Source of the DNA: Chloroflexota bacterium
GTDB lineage: Bacteria > Chloroflexota > Limnocylindria > P2-11E
Assembly: GCA_027310565.1 (NCBI GenBank)
Contig: DAIDAP010000037.1
Span: forward strand, 256,163 to 320,162
DNA: 64,000 bases
Direction of reading: 5' to 3'
Positions within the stretch are counted from its first letter, which is position 1, and the number at the start of each line of letters is the position of its first letter. Below are positions 1 to 8,923 of the stretch, piece after piece. The position numbers were made by a program, and so were the translations under genes. A model generated the notes under the pieces. It had not been told where the DNA came from. It searched no databases and saw nothing but the letters and a program-made list of their open reading frames with translations.

Positions 1-72
1 CTCGAGCTCGGGCTGGTCGAAGCTCGACCCCACCGCCGCGAAAGGCGTCTTCTCGTCCTGCGTCCTCGCCAT
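1..72 (-). CDS. ileS: 5' end of probable isoleucyl-tRNA synthetase (runs off window)
   Basis: ATG at 72 after GGAGAGGAG RBS; MARTQDEKTPFAAVGSSFDQPELE resembles IleRS N-termini (F..V....FP.LE); upstream T-box has an ATC (Ile) specifier. Confidence 0.7.
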   Translation of the reverse strand, partial: MARTQDEKTPFAAVGSSFDQPELE

Positions 73-87
73 GCGCTCCTCTCCAAC

Positions 88-290
88 AAAAAAGCCGTCC
101 CGCTCTCGGGACGGCAAAGCCGTGGTACCACCCGAGTTGCCCGCTCCCGCTCCGGACCGGGCCACTCCTCTTGGAGACGTCAAACAACGTCCGCCGCTTG
201 ACAACGGAGCGGCCGCTCCGGCCGGGTCTAGTCGCCCGTCGAGGGCTTTCTTCCGGCAGCTCGGGGTGGATGGCCCCTCGGCGCCTTTCG
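88..290 (-). promoter_or_regulatory. T-box riboswitch (Ile specifier) with intrinsic terminator
   Basis: Minus strand: GGGTGGTACCACGG T-box (120-133); terminator GCCGTCCCG-AGAG-CGGGACGGC plus T6 (88-115); GGGGCC-ATC-CACCCC specifier (ATC at 269-271); Stem II-like GGAAGAA...ACTAGA; candidate -10 TAGACT at 296-301. Confidence 0.88.
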
Positions 291-341
291 GGGCAAGTCT
301 ACAGCGGGGCGCGCCGCGGCCCCCGCCCCCGTCGCCCCGCC

Positions 342-929
342 GTGACAGCGGCGCTGCGGCGCGACCCGGTGGCGACCCTCCTCGACGTCGATCTCGACGG
401 GCTCATGGACCTGAACGAGGCGCACGGGCACGACGCGGGGGATCGCGCCATCGCCGCAACCACGGCCGCGCTCGGCGCGGTCGCCAGGAAGCAGGGCTGG
501 ACCCTCGGCCGCATCGGCGGCGACGAGTTCGCCCTGCTCGCTCCCGCGGTCGCCCTCGAGGCGGCCTTCCTCCGCGCCGACCAGATCCGCCGCGACACCG
601 ATGCCGCGCTCGCGAAGGCGCTCCCGCCGGGTCAACGCTGCACGGTGACGATCGGCGTCGCGAACACGCCGCGCGACACCAGGGCCCGCGGGCCGGAGGC
701 CGCGAGCGAGCTGCTGCGGCGGGCGGACCTGGCGCTCCACGCGGCGAAGGAGCAGGGCGGCGACACGGTCGGCCTGACGCCGGCGGACGACATGGTGCTC
801 AAGTCGTCCTACTACGGCGCCGCGCAGCTCGGCCGCCTCAAGGGGCTCGCCGAGCGCATGAAGAAGAAGGAGGCGGTGCTCCTGCGCGAGGCGCTCGACG
901 ACCTGCTGCGCAAGTACGAGCGCGCGTAG
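342..929 (+). CDS. GGDEF-domain protein with C-terminal ribbon-helix-helix-like tail
   Basis: DLDGLMDLNEAHGHDAGD, RIGGDEF, ADLALHAAKEQGGD; C-terminal QLGRLKGLAERMKKKEAVLLREALDDLLRKY; GTG at 342 chosen because the upstream part of the ORF overlaps the T-box. Confidence 0.85.
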   Translation: MTAALRRDPVATLLDVDLDGLMDLNEAHGHDAGDRAIAATTAALGAVARKQGWTLGRIGGDEFALLAPAVALEAAFLRADQIRRDTDAALAKALPPGQRCTVTIGVANTPRDTRARGPEAASELLRRADLALHAAKEQGGDTVGLTPADDMVLKSSYYGAAQLGRLKGLAERMKKKEAVLLREALDDLLRKYERA

Positions 930-938
930 CCTGGACGG

Positions 939-1535
939 GTGGAGCTGCCCGCCGCCGTCACCGCCGAGCTCGACGACCTCGCGAGGCGCTATGGGGCGCC
1001 GCGGCGCGTCGAGGCGCCGATCGACGACTCGTTCAGGGATCCGATCTGGCGGCGCGACCGCTTCGGCGAGGTGTGCATGGTGATCCTCCGGCCGAACGGC
1101 AGGCTCCTGCTCTCGATCAAGACCTTCTATCCGCGCGGCGCGTATCGCCTGCCGACCGGCGGGATCAACCACGGCGAGGGCGTCTTCGACGCGCTCGTCC
1201 GCGAGACCGAGGAGGAGACGGGCCTGCGGACCGCGGTCCGCCGCTTCCTCGCGCGCATCGCCTACACGCCGAAGGCGCACCCGGGCGCCGCGCCCGTCTT
1301 CCACACGTTCGCGTTCCTTCTCGACGAGCTGGGCGGCGAGCTCGGCATCGATCCCGCCGAGCACATGGAGGCGTGGCACGAGGCGGATCCGGCCGAGCTG
1401 CCCACGGTCGCGGACTTCCTCGACGACCTGCGGACCTCCGGCACGCTGGACATCGGCGGCGACTGGCGCGCGTGGGGCCGCTTCCGCGCGGTGGTGCACC
1501 GCGTGGCGCACGCGGCGCTGACTACTCCAGCCTGA
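939..1535 (+). CDS. NUDIX hydrolase
   Basis: Nudix box GGINHGEGVFDALVRETEEETGL. Confidence 0.88.
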   Translation: MELPAAVTAELDDLARRYGAPRRVEAPIDDSFRDPIWRRDRFGEVCMVILRPNGRLLLSIKTFYPRGAYRLPTGGINHGEGVFDALVRETEEETGLRTAVRRFLARIAYTPKAHPGAAPVFHTFAFLLDELGGELGIDPAEHMEAWHEADPAELPTVADFLDDLRTSGTLDIGGDWRAWGRFRAVVHRVAHAALTTPA

Positions 1536-2610
1536 AGAAGCGGACCGCGATCGCGAACGTGATCGCGGTCCACACGACGATGCCCACCAGGTCGCCGCGC
1601 ACGTCACCGAGCGAGGCGCCGGCGATCGCCACCTGCCGCAGCGCGTCGTTGAGGAACGTCAGCGGCAGGTAGTCGGAGATCGGCCTCAGGAACGCCGGCA
1701 CGACGTCGCGCGAGAAGAAGACCCCTGAGAGGAACAGCTGCGGCAGCGTGACGAGCTGCATCACGGCGGGTGCGGCGTTCTCGGTCGCGACGAAGGCGGT
1801 CACCGCGAAGCCGACGCAGAGGAAGAGGACGCTGCCGAGCAGGGCCAGCAGCAGCACCGCCGCCATGCTGCCGACGATCCGCACGTCGAAGGCGAGCACG
1901 GCGACGCCGATGAGGATGAGGACCTGCAGGATCGCGACGACGAGCCGGTGCAGGACGTGCGCGGCCATGTAGCTCCGGCGCGGGATGGGCGTCGCCATGA
2001 TCCGCCGGATGACGCCCCGCTGGCGGTCCACGACGAAGCCGAACATCACGCTGGAGACGCCGAGCTGCATGATCGTCATGCCGACGATCCCGGGCGTGAG
2101 GAAGTCCACGTACGAGAGCCTCCGGCCCTGCACCGCCTCGCGCCGCAGCGCGACGATCGGCTGGGTCCGCGAGACCGCGAAGGACATCTGGTCGACGGCC
2201 TGCGTGATGATCGCCGAGCCCACGTTCGCCTGCTCCGGCCGGGCCTCGCTCTCGTAGAGCGTGAGGACGGGCACGCTCGAACCCGCCGCGGCCGGCGCGA
2301 TGCGGAAGTCGCCGGGGATGACGACGACGAGGTCGCGCTCACCCTTCCCGAGGCTCGTGAGCTCGTCCGTGCGGCTGCCCTCGGTGAGCCGCAGGGTCTC
2401 TATCCTCCCCAGCGCGGCGCGAAAGGCCGCGCTGTCCGCGTTCCCCGCCTCGTCGACGATCCCCAGGCTCACCGTGCCGAACGCGCCGAGGTCCAGCACC
2501 CCGAAGAGCCCCATGAAGAGGAGCGGGAAGAAGAAGCCGAAGAAGAGCGCGGTGCGGTCGCGCAGGTACGCGCGGCTGAGGAAGAGCGTGTAGCGCAGCA
2601 CCCGACCCAC
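1522..2610 (-). CDS. ABC-2 type exporter permease
   Basis: C-terminal part of ORF 1522..3555; GTG at 2610 overlaps the ATPase stop; YVDFLTPGIVGM, FLSGVFF, LPLTFLNDALR motifs. Confidence 0.88.
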   Translation of the reverse strand: MGRVLRYTLFLSRAYLRDRTALFFGFFFPLLFMGLFGVLDLGAFGTVSLGIVDEAGNADSAAFRAALGRIETLRLTEGSRTDELTSLGKGERDLVVVIPGDFRIAPAAAGSSVPVLTLYESEARPEQANVGSAIITQAVDQMSFAVSRTQPIVALRREAVQGRRLSYVDFLTPGIVGMTIMQLGVSSVMFGFVVDRQRGVIRRIMATPIPRRSYMAAHVLHRLVVAILQVLILIGVAVLAFDVRIVGSMAAVLLLALLGSVLFLCVGFAVTAFVATENAAPAVMQLVTLPQLFLSGVFFSRDVVPAFLRPISDYLPLTFLNDALRQVAIAGASLGDVRGDLVGIVVWTAITFAIAVRFFRLE

Positions 2611-3371
2611 TAGTCGTCCCGCAGCGCGTGGCCGGTCAGGTCGAGGAACACGTCCTCCAGGTCGGCCTGCTGCTGGACGACGGTCTTGGTGAACCCCCGC
2701 GCCAGCAGGCCGTCGACGAGCGCCCGGGGCGCGTCGAGGGCGACGACCCGGCCGCGGTCCACGATCGCGACGCGGTCGCAGAGCGCCTCCGCCTCGTCCA
2801 TGTAATGCGTCGTGAGGAGCACCGTCGTCCCGCGCGCGCGGATGCCGCGGACGAGGTCCCAGAGGTTGCGGCGCGCCTGCGGATCCAGCCCCGTCGTCGG
2901 CTCGTCGAGGAAGAGCACCTGCGGCTCGTTCACCATGGCGACGGCGATCGAGAGCCGCTGCCGCTGTCCTCCGGAGAGCTTCTCCGACCGCTGGCCGGCC
3001 TTCTCCTCGAGCCCGACGGACCGCAGCAGCTCCATCGCGTCGACCCGGCGCCCATAGAAGACGCCGAAGAGCTGCACGATCTCGCGCGCGAGGAAGTTCT
3101 CGGGGAACGCGCTCGACTGCAGCTGCACCCCGATGCGCTCCTTCACTCCGGAGGGGTCGCGCCGCACGTCGATCCCCGCGACGACGGCGCTGCCGGCGTC
3201 GGCCGTGCGCAGCCCCTCCAGGATCTCCACCGTCGTGGTCTTCCCCGCTCCGTTCGGGCCGAGCAGGGCAAAAATCTCCCCACGTGCGACGTCGAACGAG
3301 ACCCCGGCGAGGGCCTCGATCGCGCCGTAGCTCTTGCGCAGGTCGCGCACCGACACGATCGGTCCGCTCAC
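2610..3371 (-). CDS. ABC exporter ATP-binding protein
   Basis: Walker A GPNGAGKTT, LSGGQ signature, LFLDEPTTGLD. Confidence 0.95.
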   Translation of the reverse strand: MSGPIVSVRDLRKSYGAIEALAGVSFDVARGEIFALLGPNGAGKTTTVEILEGLRTADAGSAVVAGIDVRRDPSGVKERIGVQLQSSAFPENFLAREIVQLFGVFYGRRVDAMELLRSVGLEEKAGQRSEKLSGGQRQRLSIAVAMVNEPQVLFLDEPTTGLDPQARRNLWDLVRGIRARGTTVLLTTHYMDEAEALCDRVAIVDRGRVVALDAPRALVDGLLARGFTKTVVQQQADLEDVFLDLTGHALRDD

Positions 3372-3838
3372 GGCTGCACGAGCGCGCGATACAGCTTGTC
3401 GTGGATGAAGAGGAGCGCGGGCAGGAGCAGCACGGCCGCGACCACGATCCGCAGGACGACCGGGTGCGGCCGCCGCAGACGCATGTAGGTGACGACGAGC
3501 GCGGCCGCGACCGCGCCGAGGAGCGGGACCTGCACGAACCAGTGGCTGGGGTCAACGCCGTCGAAGATGAGCGAGTAGATCGTCGCGGCGTCGAGGGTCC
3601 CGGCGGTGAGGCCGATGACGGCGAAGACGCCGGCGTTGCGGATCGGGTCGCGCACGACCAGCAGCAGCGCCAGCGCGAGCGCGCCGAGGACCGCCGCCAG
3701 CATCCGCTCGTAGACGCGGTGGTAGGGAGCGATGAGGAACGCGGTCGGGAACACGAAGGAGAGCAGCATGGGCATCAGCAGGAGCACCGCGCTCACGACG
3801 GCCACGAAGCGCGCCTCGCGCAGCGTCCCGGTGCTCAC
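3368..3838 (-). CDS. Hypothetical multi-pass membrane protein
   Basis: About 5 hydrophobic segments; stop overlaps ATPase start; GTG at 3838 with GGAG upstream. Confidence 0.65.
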   Translation of the reverse strand: MSTGTLREARFVAVVSAVLLLMPMLLSFVFPTAFLIAPYHRVYERMLAAVLGALALALLLVVRDPIRNAGVFAVIGLTAGTLDAATIYSLIFDGVDPSHWFVQVPLLGAVAAALVVTYMRLRRPHPVVLRIVVAAVLLLPALLFIHDKLYRALVQP

Positions 3839-3885
3839 ATGAGCTCCGCGCTCCATCGCTCGGAGTCTCATACGCTATGAGGTCC

Positions 3886-5478
3886 ATGTCGAATTCGCGG
3901 CCGACGTCCAGACCGCGCGGCCCGCAGGCCATCCCGCTCACGTCCGAGCAGGTCTCACCCGGCTTCGCCGCGCTGCTCTCCGGCCTGCTGCCGGGACTCG
4001 GACAGGCCTACGGCCATCGGTGGATCCGCGGCATCCTCATGCTCATCACCCCGGTGCTCGTCCTGACGCTTGGGACGGCGTTCATCGTGTGGGCGGACCC
4101 GCTCGCCGCGTTCGCGTTCCGCAACGCGCCGCTCGTCGCGTTCGTCGTCATCGGAGGCGCCTTCGCCTTCCACCTGTTCGTCGTCGGCGACGCGTTCGCG
4201 GGCCGCATGCACCGGCTGCGCGGCCGGCACGCCCTCGACTACGCGGCGCTCGCGCTGGTCACGGTCGCGCTCGTCGCCGGGTACGGCACGATCTACCGCG
4301 AGTCGGCGCCGTGGGCGGCGCTGGCGGCGCGCGTCTTCGCGCCGCTCTCGCGCGCTCCGGCGACGACCCCGGGCGATAGGCGCGAGCCGCCGCCGGCGTG
4401 GACCGGCGAGGAGCGCCTCAACGTCCTCCTCCTGGGGATCGACAGCCGCGACGGCGATCCGGTGGACCGCAACACCGATACGATGATCGTCCTGTCGCTC
4501 GATCCGTCGAACGGGACCGGCGCGATGCTGTCGATCCCGCGCGACATCTACGTCGACCGGCCCGGTCTCTTCCAGGGAAAGATCAACGCCGCATTCGCGG
4601 CCGGGGGCCCGCAGCTCGCGCGTCGGGTCGTCGACGACCTCCTCGGGATCCGCATCAACTCGTACGCGCTCATCAACTTCGCCGCGTTCACGCGCATCGT
4701 GGACGGGGTCGGCGGTCTGGTCGTCGACGCCCGCCGCCCGCTCCGTGACGAGGCATACCCGACGGAGAGCTACGGCGTCGAGCGCCTCGATATCCCGGCC
4801 GGCCCGCAGCTGATGCTCGGTGACGTCGCGCTGAAGTACGCGCGCTCGCGCCACGACTCGAACGACTTCAGCCGCGCCGCGCGGCAGCAGACCGTCATCG
4901 CCGCGCTGCGCACACGCCTCGCGCAGCCGGAGGCGTTCCGCGGCCTGCCGGCGCTCATCGGGAGCGTCGGTACGACCATCGAGACCGACTTCGACCCGGC
5001 GAACGTCCTTCCGCTCGCGCGCACCGCGACGGGCATCGACGGCTCGCGGATCGAAAGCGCCGTGCTCGTGCCGTGCGGCGCCGGCCTGAATCCCTGCCAG
5101 CTCACGGAGCGGACCGACGGCGGCTACTTCCTGATCCCGGACGACGCGAAGGTGCGGGCGCTCGTGGCGCGGCTGTTCTACGACCCGCGGATCCGGCGGG
5201 AGGCCGCGCGCGTCGACGTCGAGAACGCCGGCGCGCCGCCGGGTGCGGCACGCGAGGTGGCCGACCTCCTCGCCCAGCGCGCCTACGGTGTGGGCGAGGT
5301 CGGCGATGCCGAGCCCGCACCGTCGGCCGTCGTGCTGCGGAACCCCGCGAAACGCTACACCGCCGACCAGCTGAAGGAGCTCCTCGGGATCCCCGTGGAG
5401 ACCTCGACCGGGACGGGGCTGCCGGACGTGGTCGTCCGGCTCGGCTCCGACTACCGGGGCCCGGCGACCGCGAAGTGA
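3886..5478 (+). CDS. LCP (LytR-CpsA-Psr) family protein with N-terminal TM helices and LytR_C domain
   Basis: NVLLLGID, NTDTMIVLS, SIPRD, KINAA, ALKYARSRH, DFSRAARQQ; C-terminal VENAG...DVVVRLGSDY. Confidence 0.92.
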   Translation: MSNSRPTSRPRGPQAIPLTSEQVSPGFAALLSGLLPGLGQAYGHRWIRGILMLITPVLVLTLGTAFIVWADPLAAFAFRNAPLVAFVVIGGAFAFHLFVVGDAFAGRMHRLRGRHALDYAALALVTVALVAGYGTIYRESAPWAALAARVFAPLSRAPATTPGDRREPPPAWTGEERLNVLLLGIDSRDGDPVDRNTDTMIVLSLDPSNGTGAMLSIPRDIYVDRPGLFQGKINAAFAAGGPQLARRVVDDLLGIRINSYALINFAAFTRIVDGVGGLVVDARRPLRDEAYPTESYGVERLDIPAGPQLMLGDVALKYARSRHDSNDFSRAARQQTVIAALRTRLAQPEAFRGLPALIGSVGTTIETDFDPANVLPLARTATGIDGSRIESAVLVPCGAGLNPCQLTERTDGGYFLIPDDAKVRALVARLFYDPRIRREAARVDVENAGAPPGAAREVADLLAQRAYGVGEVGDAEPAPSAVVLRNPAKRYTADQLKELLGIPVETSTGTGLPDVVVRLGSDYRGPATAK

Positions 5479-5479
5479 C

Positions 5480-6448
5480 CTACTTCTTGTAGATCGCCGT
5501 CAGCCAGTCGCGGTACTTCGCGTTCTTCCCGCGGACCGAGTCGAAGTAGATCCTGGCGATCCGCCTCGCGATCGGCCCGACCTCGCCGGTGCCGACGGGC
5601 CGGTGGTCGATGGTCGTGACCGGAGCCACCTGGACCCCCGTGCCGCAGAGGAACGCCTCGTCGGCGAGGTACAGCTCGGTGCGGTCGATGCGCCGGATCT
5701 CGACGGGGATCTTCTCGTCGGCGGCGATGCGCAGGATGTTCGAGCGGACGATGCCCTCGAGGATGTTGTCGCTCGCGGGCGGCGTCACCAGCGCTCCGCC
5801 GCGGACGAGGAAGAGGTTCGCGGCGCTCCCCTCGGAAACGTGCCCGTCGTCGGTGAGGACGATCGCCTCGTTGAACCCGGCCTGCTCGGCCTCGGTCTTC
5901 GACAGCGCGGGGTTCACGTAGGAGCCGGTGATCTTGCCGCGAGCCGGGATGGCGTTGTCGTCGACGCGCCGCCAGGACGAGACGTGGCAGGAGATCCCAC
6001 CCTCGATCGGGACGTAGTTGCCGAACGGGACCGCGAACATGGTGAAGGCGTCCTCGAGGTCATGGAGTCGCACGCCGATGAGCTCGCTGGCCTTGTAGGC
6101 GATGGGCCGGAGGTAAGTGTCTTCGCGGTAGCCACACCGGCGAAGCAGCTCGATGGCGATGTCGATGAGGTCTTCGACGGAGTGCTGGAGGGAGATGCGC
6201 ATGATCCGGCAGGAGCCGTGGAGCCGGGTGAAATGCTCGCGGAAATGGAGGCCGTAGAGCTGCTGGTCGTCCGCGCTCCAGTACGCCCGGATGCCCTCGA
6301 AGACGCCCGTGCCGTAGTTGAAGGCGTGGGTCATGACGCTGATCTTCGCGTCGCGGATCGGCACGAACGCGCCGTTCAGGTACGCCCAGGCGGAATCGGG
6401 CGCGGCGCCCTTGGGCAGCTTCGCGGGCCGGCTCAGTTCCTGGACCAT
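5480..6448 (-). CDS. ilvE: Branched-chain amino acid aminotransferase (class IV PLP)
   Basis: HAFNYGTGVFEGIRAY, YLRP, KITGSY, EGSAANLF, ILEGIVR, ADEAFLCGT. Confidence 0.93.
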   Translation of the reverse strand: MVQELSRPAKLPKGAAPDSAWAYLNGAFVPIRDAKISVMTHAFNYGTGVFEGIRAYWSADDQQLYGLHFREHFTRLHGSCRIMRISLQHSVEDLIDIAIELLRRCGYREDTYLRPIAYKASELIGVRLHDLEDAFTMFAVPFGNYVPIEGGISCHVSSWRRVDDNAIPARGKITGSYVNPALSKTEAEQAGFNEAIVLTDDGHVSEGSAANLFLVRGGALVTPPASDNILEGIVRSNILRIAADEKIPVEIRRIDRTELYLADEAFLCGTGVQVAPVTTIDHRPVGTGEVGPIARRIARIYFDSVRGKNAKYRDWLTAIYKK

Positions 6449-6555
6449 GCTGCGTCTCCTCATCCGGTCGCCGTCGGCGAACCTGTCCGGCCGACTGCAC
6501 GTCCCCGCGCCGACCTCGTTCTCGCATTGTGACACGGCGCCGGCCGGGCCCGGGC

Positions 6556-6599
6556 TTGCCTGACGTGGTCAGACCGCTAGCATCCCGGCTGGTCAGACC
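6556..6599 (+). promoter_or_regulatory. Sigma70-like promoter with two FadR-type GntR operator boxes
   Basis: TTGCCT (6556)-16 nt-TAGCAT (6578); TGGTCAGACC at 6566 and 6590. Confidence 0.6.
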
Positions 6600-6636
6600 G
6601 GCGTGCGTCCGTTCGCGAGCAAGGCAAAAGGAGTCC

Positions 6637-6714
6637 GTGGTGGTGTTGGCGATCAACTGGCTGCGCGCACGCTCCCGCAGGACCGGCTCCGCGCCCGCCG
6701 GCGACGGCGGGTGA
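6637..6714 (+). CDS. Possible 25-aa leader ORF or gene remnant coupled to the exchanger gene
   Basis: AAGGAG RBS (6628) then GTG; MVVLAINWLRARSRRTGSAPAGDGG; TGA overlaps the GTG at 6711. Confidence 0.35.
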   Translation: MVVLAINWLRARSRRTGSAPAGDGG

Positions 6715-7784
6715 CCCCCCTCGACCTCGGCCTCATCGCCGGCGCGTTCGTCCTCATCCTCGTCGGAGCCGAGGTCTTCACCAACGGCGTCGAGTGGCTC
6801 GGGATCATGCTGAACATGACGGAGGGCGCGACCGGCAGCATCCTCGCCGCGTTCGGCACCGCGACGCCGGAGACGCTCATCCCGGTCGTCGCGATCCTGT
6901 TCACGCGGTCCGCAGACGCGGCCGAGATCGGCGTCGGCGCGATCCTCGGCGCGCCGTTCATGCTGGGCACGCTGGTCATGCTGCTCATCGGCGCGACTGC
7001 CTTCCTGCTGCGCGGGCGGCGCGGGCGCGACACGCTGCAGGTCGACGCCGCGCACGCGACGCGGGACATGGGCTTCTTCCTGGTCCTGTACACGCTCGCG
7101 CTCGCGCTCGCGCTGCTGCCGGCCGGGGTCCGGTCCGTGAAGGGGATCGTCGGCTGGGTCTTCCTGCCCGCGTACGTGCTGTACCTCTTCCTCGTGCTCC
7201 GGACACCGCGGAGGAGCCATGCGGACCTCGAGGAGCAGGCCGAGGAGCGCGCGGCGTTCAGCGCGCTGACGTTCGCGACGTATCTGCGCCGCATCGGGCT
7301 CGCCGTGGCCCCGGCGCGCCCGCCGCTCTGGCTGGTCCTGGCGCAGACGCTCATCTCGTTCGGCGCGATCGTGCTCGGCGCCAAGTTCTTCGCCTCGTTC
7401 GTCGAGGACTTCTCGAACGCGATGGGGTTCAACACGCTGCTCGTGGCGCTGGTGCTCGCGCCGCTCGCCACGGAGCTGCCCGAGGCGGCGAACAGCCTCA
7501 TCTGGACGAAGGACGGCAAGGACGTCATCGCGCTCGGCAACGTGGCCGGCGCGATGGTCTTCCAGTCCACGATCCCGGTGACGATCGGCGTCCTGCTCAC
7601 GCCCTGGGAGATCGGGCGGTTCGGGACCGTCGCCGCCGTCTTCGCCCTGCTCTCCGGCGGCCTGATCTGGCTGCAGCTGCGCCTCCGGGCCCGTGAGAAC
7701 GCCCTCCCGGTCAGTGCGCTGATGCTTGGCGGCAGCCTCTACGTGGTGTTCATCGGATACGTGCTCTGGAGCGTCCTGGTGTAG
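6711..7784 (+). CDS. Sodium/calcium exchanger (CaCA, YrbG-like)
   Basis: Two alpha repeats: AAFGTATPE...GAILGAP and APLATELPE...GNVAGA. Confidence 0.88.
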   Translation: MTPLDLGLIAGAFVLILVGAEVFTNGVEWLGIMLNMTEGATGSILAAFGTATPETLIPVVAILFTRSADAAEIGVGAILGAPFMLGTLVMLLIGATAFLLRGRRGRDTLQVDAAHATRDMGFFLVLYTLALALALLPAGVRSVKGIVGWVFLPAYVLYLFLVLRTPRRSHADLEEQAEERAAFSALTFATYLRRIGLAVAPARPPLWLVLAQTLISFGAIVLGAKFFASFVEDFSNAMGFNTLLVALVLAPLATELPEAANSLIWTKDGKDVIALGNVAGAMVFQSTIPVTIGVLLTPWEIGRFGTVAAVFALLSGGLIWLQLRLRARENALPVSALMLGGSLYVVFIGYVLWSVLV

Positions 7785-7877
7785 CGAGAGCGACCGCCCA
7801 GGCCTGAAGAATAGAATCACCTCGACGCGGGCGGATGCTTCCCGCCCGCTCGAAGAGAGGGAGGTCGCGAAGGCTGC

Positions 7878-8897
7878 ATGAAGCGTCTGAATCCGCTCGC
7901 GCTCATCTCGATCCTCGCGATCCTGAGCACGTCGTGCGGCACGCTTGGCATCGGCGGCGGCTTGAAGATCGGCATGGTCACCGACATCGGCCAGCTCGAG
8001 GACAAGTCCTTCAACGAGTTCTCGTGGAAGGGCGTCCAGGACGGCGCCAAGGCCGTCGGCGGCACGGCGCAGGTCATCGTCACGAAGGACATCGCGGACT
8101 ACAAGCAGAACATCCAGCAGTTCGTCGACCAGAAGTACGACGTCATCGTCACCGTCGGCTTCCTCATCGGCACCGACACGCTCGCGGCGGCCCAGGCCAA
8201 CCCGGGCATCCAGTTCTTCGGGATCGACCAGTTCATCTGCGTCCCGGCCGACGCGAACGACAAGGAGTGCAAGGGCAAGGTCCCCGACAACTACCAGGGC
8301 CTCGTGTTCAACGAGGCGCAGGCCGGGTACCTCGCGGGCATCGTCGCCGGGACGATCACCAAGAGCGGCAAGATCGGGGCGGTCGGCGGCCGCTCGGACG
8401 TCCCGCCCGTCGTGAACTACATCAAGGGCTACGAAAACGGCGCGAAATCCGTGAAGTCGAACGTCCAGGTCCTCGTGAACTACACGGAGGACTTCAACGC
8501 CCCCGACAAGGGCGAGGCGTCGGCGAAGACGATGATCTCGCAGGGCGCCGACGTCGTCTTCCAGGTCGCCGGCCTCACCGGCGCTGGCGTCCTCCGCGCC
8601 GCCTGCAACGCGAAGGTCTGGGGCATCGGCGTGGACGTCGACCAGTACCTCTCGCTCCCCGACCTGCAGAGCTGCATCGTCACCAGCGCCGAGAAGCGGC
8701 TGCAGAACGCGGCCGGCGAGGCGATCAAGCGGTTCAAGGACAAGGGCAAGCAGAGCGGCAACTACACCAACGACGCGACGAACGCCGGGATCGGCGCGTC
8801 GCCGATCCGCAACCTCAGCCCCGTCCCGGCGGGTCTCGAGGACAAGATCAAGCAGGCCACCGAAGACATGAAGTCCGGGAAGCTGAAGCCGGTCTAG
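7878..8897 (+). CDS. BMP family ABC substrate-binding lipoprotein (nucleoside type)
   Basis: Lipobox-like LSTSC; DKSFNE, GYLAGIVAG, GADVVFQVAGLTGAG, IGVDVDQ. Confidence 0.92.
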   Translation: MKRLNPLALISILAILSTSCGTLGIGGGLKIGMVTDIGQLEDKSFNEFSWKGVQDGAKAVGGTAQVIVTKDIADYKQNIQQFVDQKYDVIVTVGFLIGTDTLAAAQANPGIQFFGIDQFICVPADANDKECKGKVPDNYQGLVFNEAQAGYLAGIVAGTITKSGKIGAVGGRSDVPPVVNYIKGYENGAKSVKSNVQVLVNYTEDFNAPDKGEASAKTMISQGADVVFQVAGLTGAGVLRAACNAKVWGIGVDVDQYLSLPDLQSCIVTSAEKRLQNAAGEAIKRFKDKGKQSGNYTNDATNAGIGASPIRNLSPVPAGLEDKIKQATEDMKSGKLKPV

Positions 8898-8923
8898 CCG
8901 ACTGGCCTGTGGTGGACCGCGAG

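Noticed and set aside
71-1672. 533-aa ORF and many other long overlapping ORFs (e.g. 27087..31658, 39465..41243, 44113..46320, 53354..56218)
   Set aside because: Arg/Pro/Ala-rich shadow frames typical of high-GC DNA, overlapping well-supported genes.
6600-6710. yybP-ykoY or other ion riboswitch before the exchanger
   Set aside because: Only AAAGGAGT resembles the consensus; the other conserved blocks are not recognisable.
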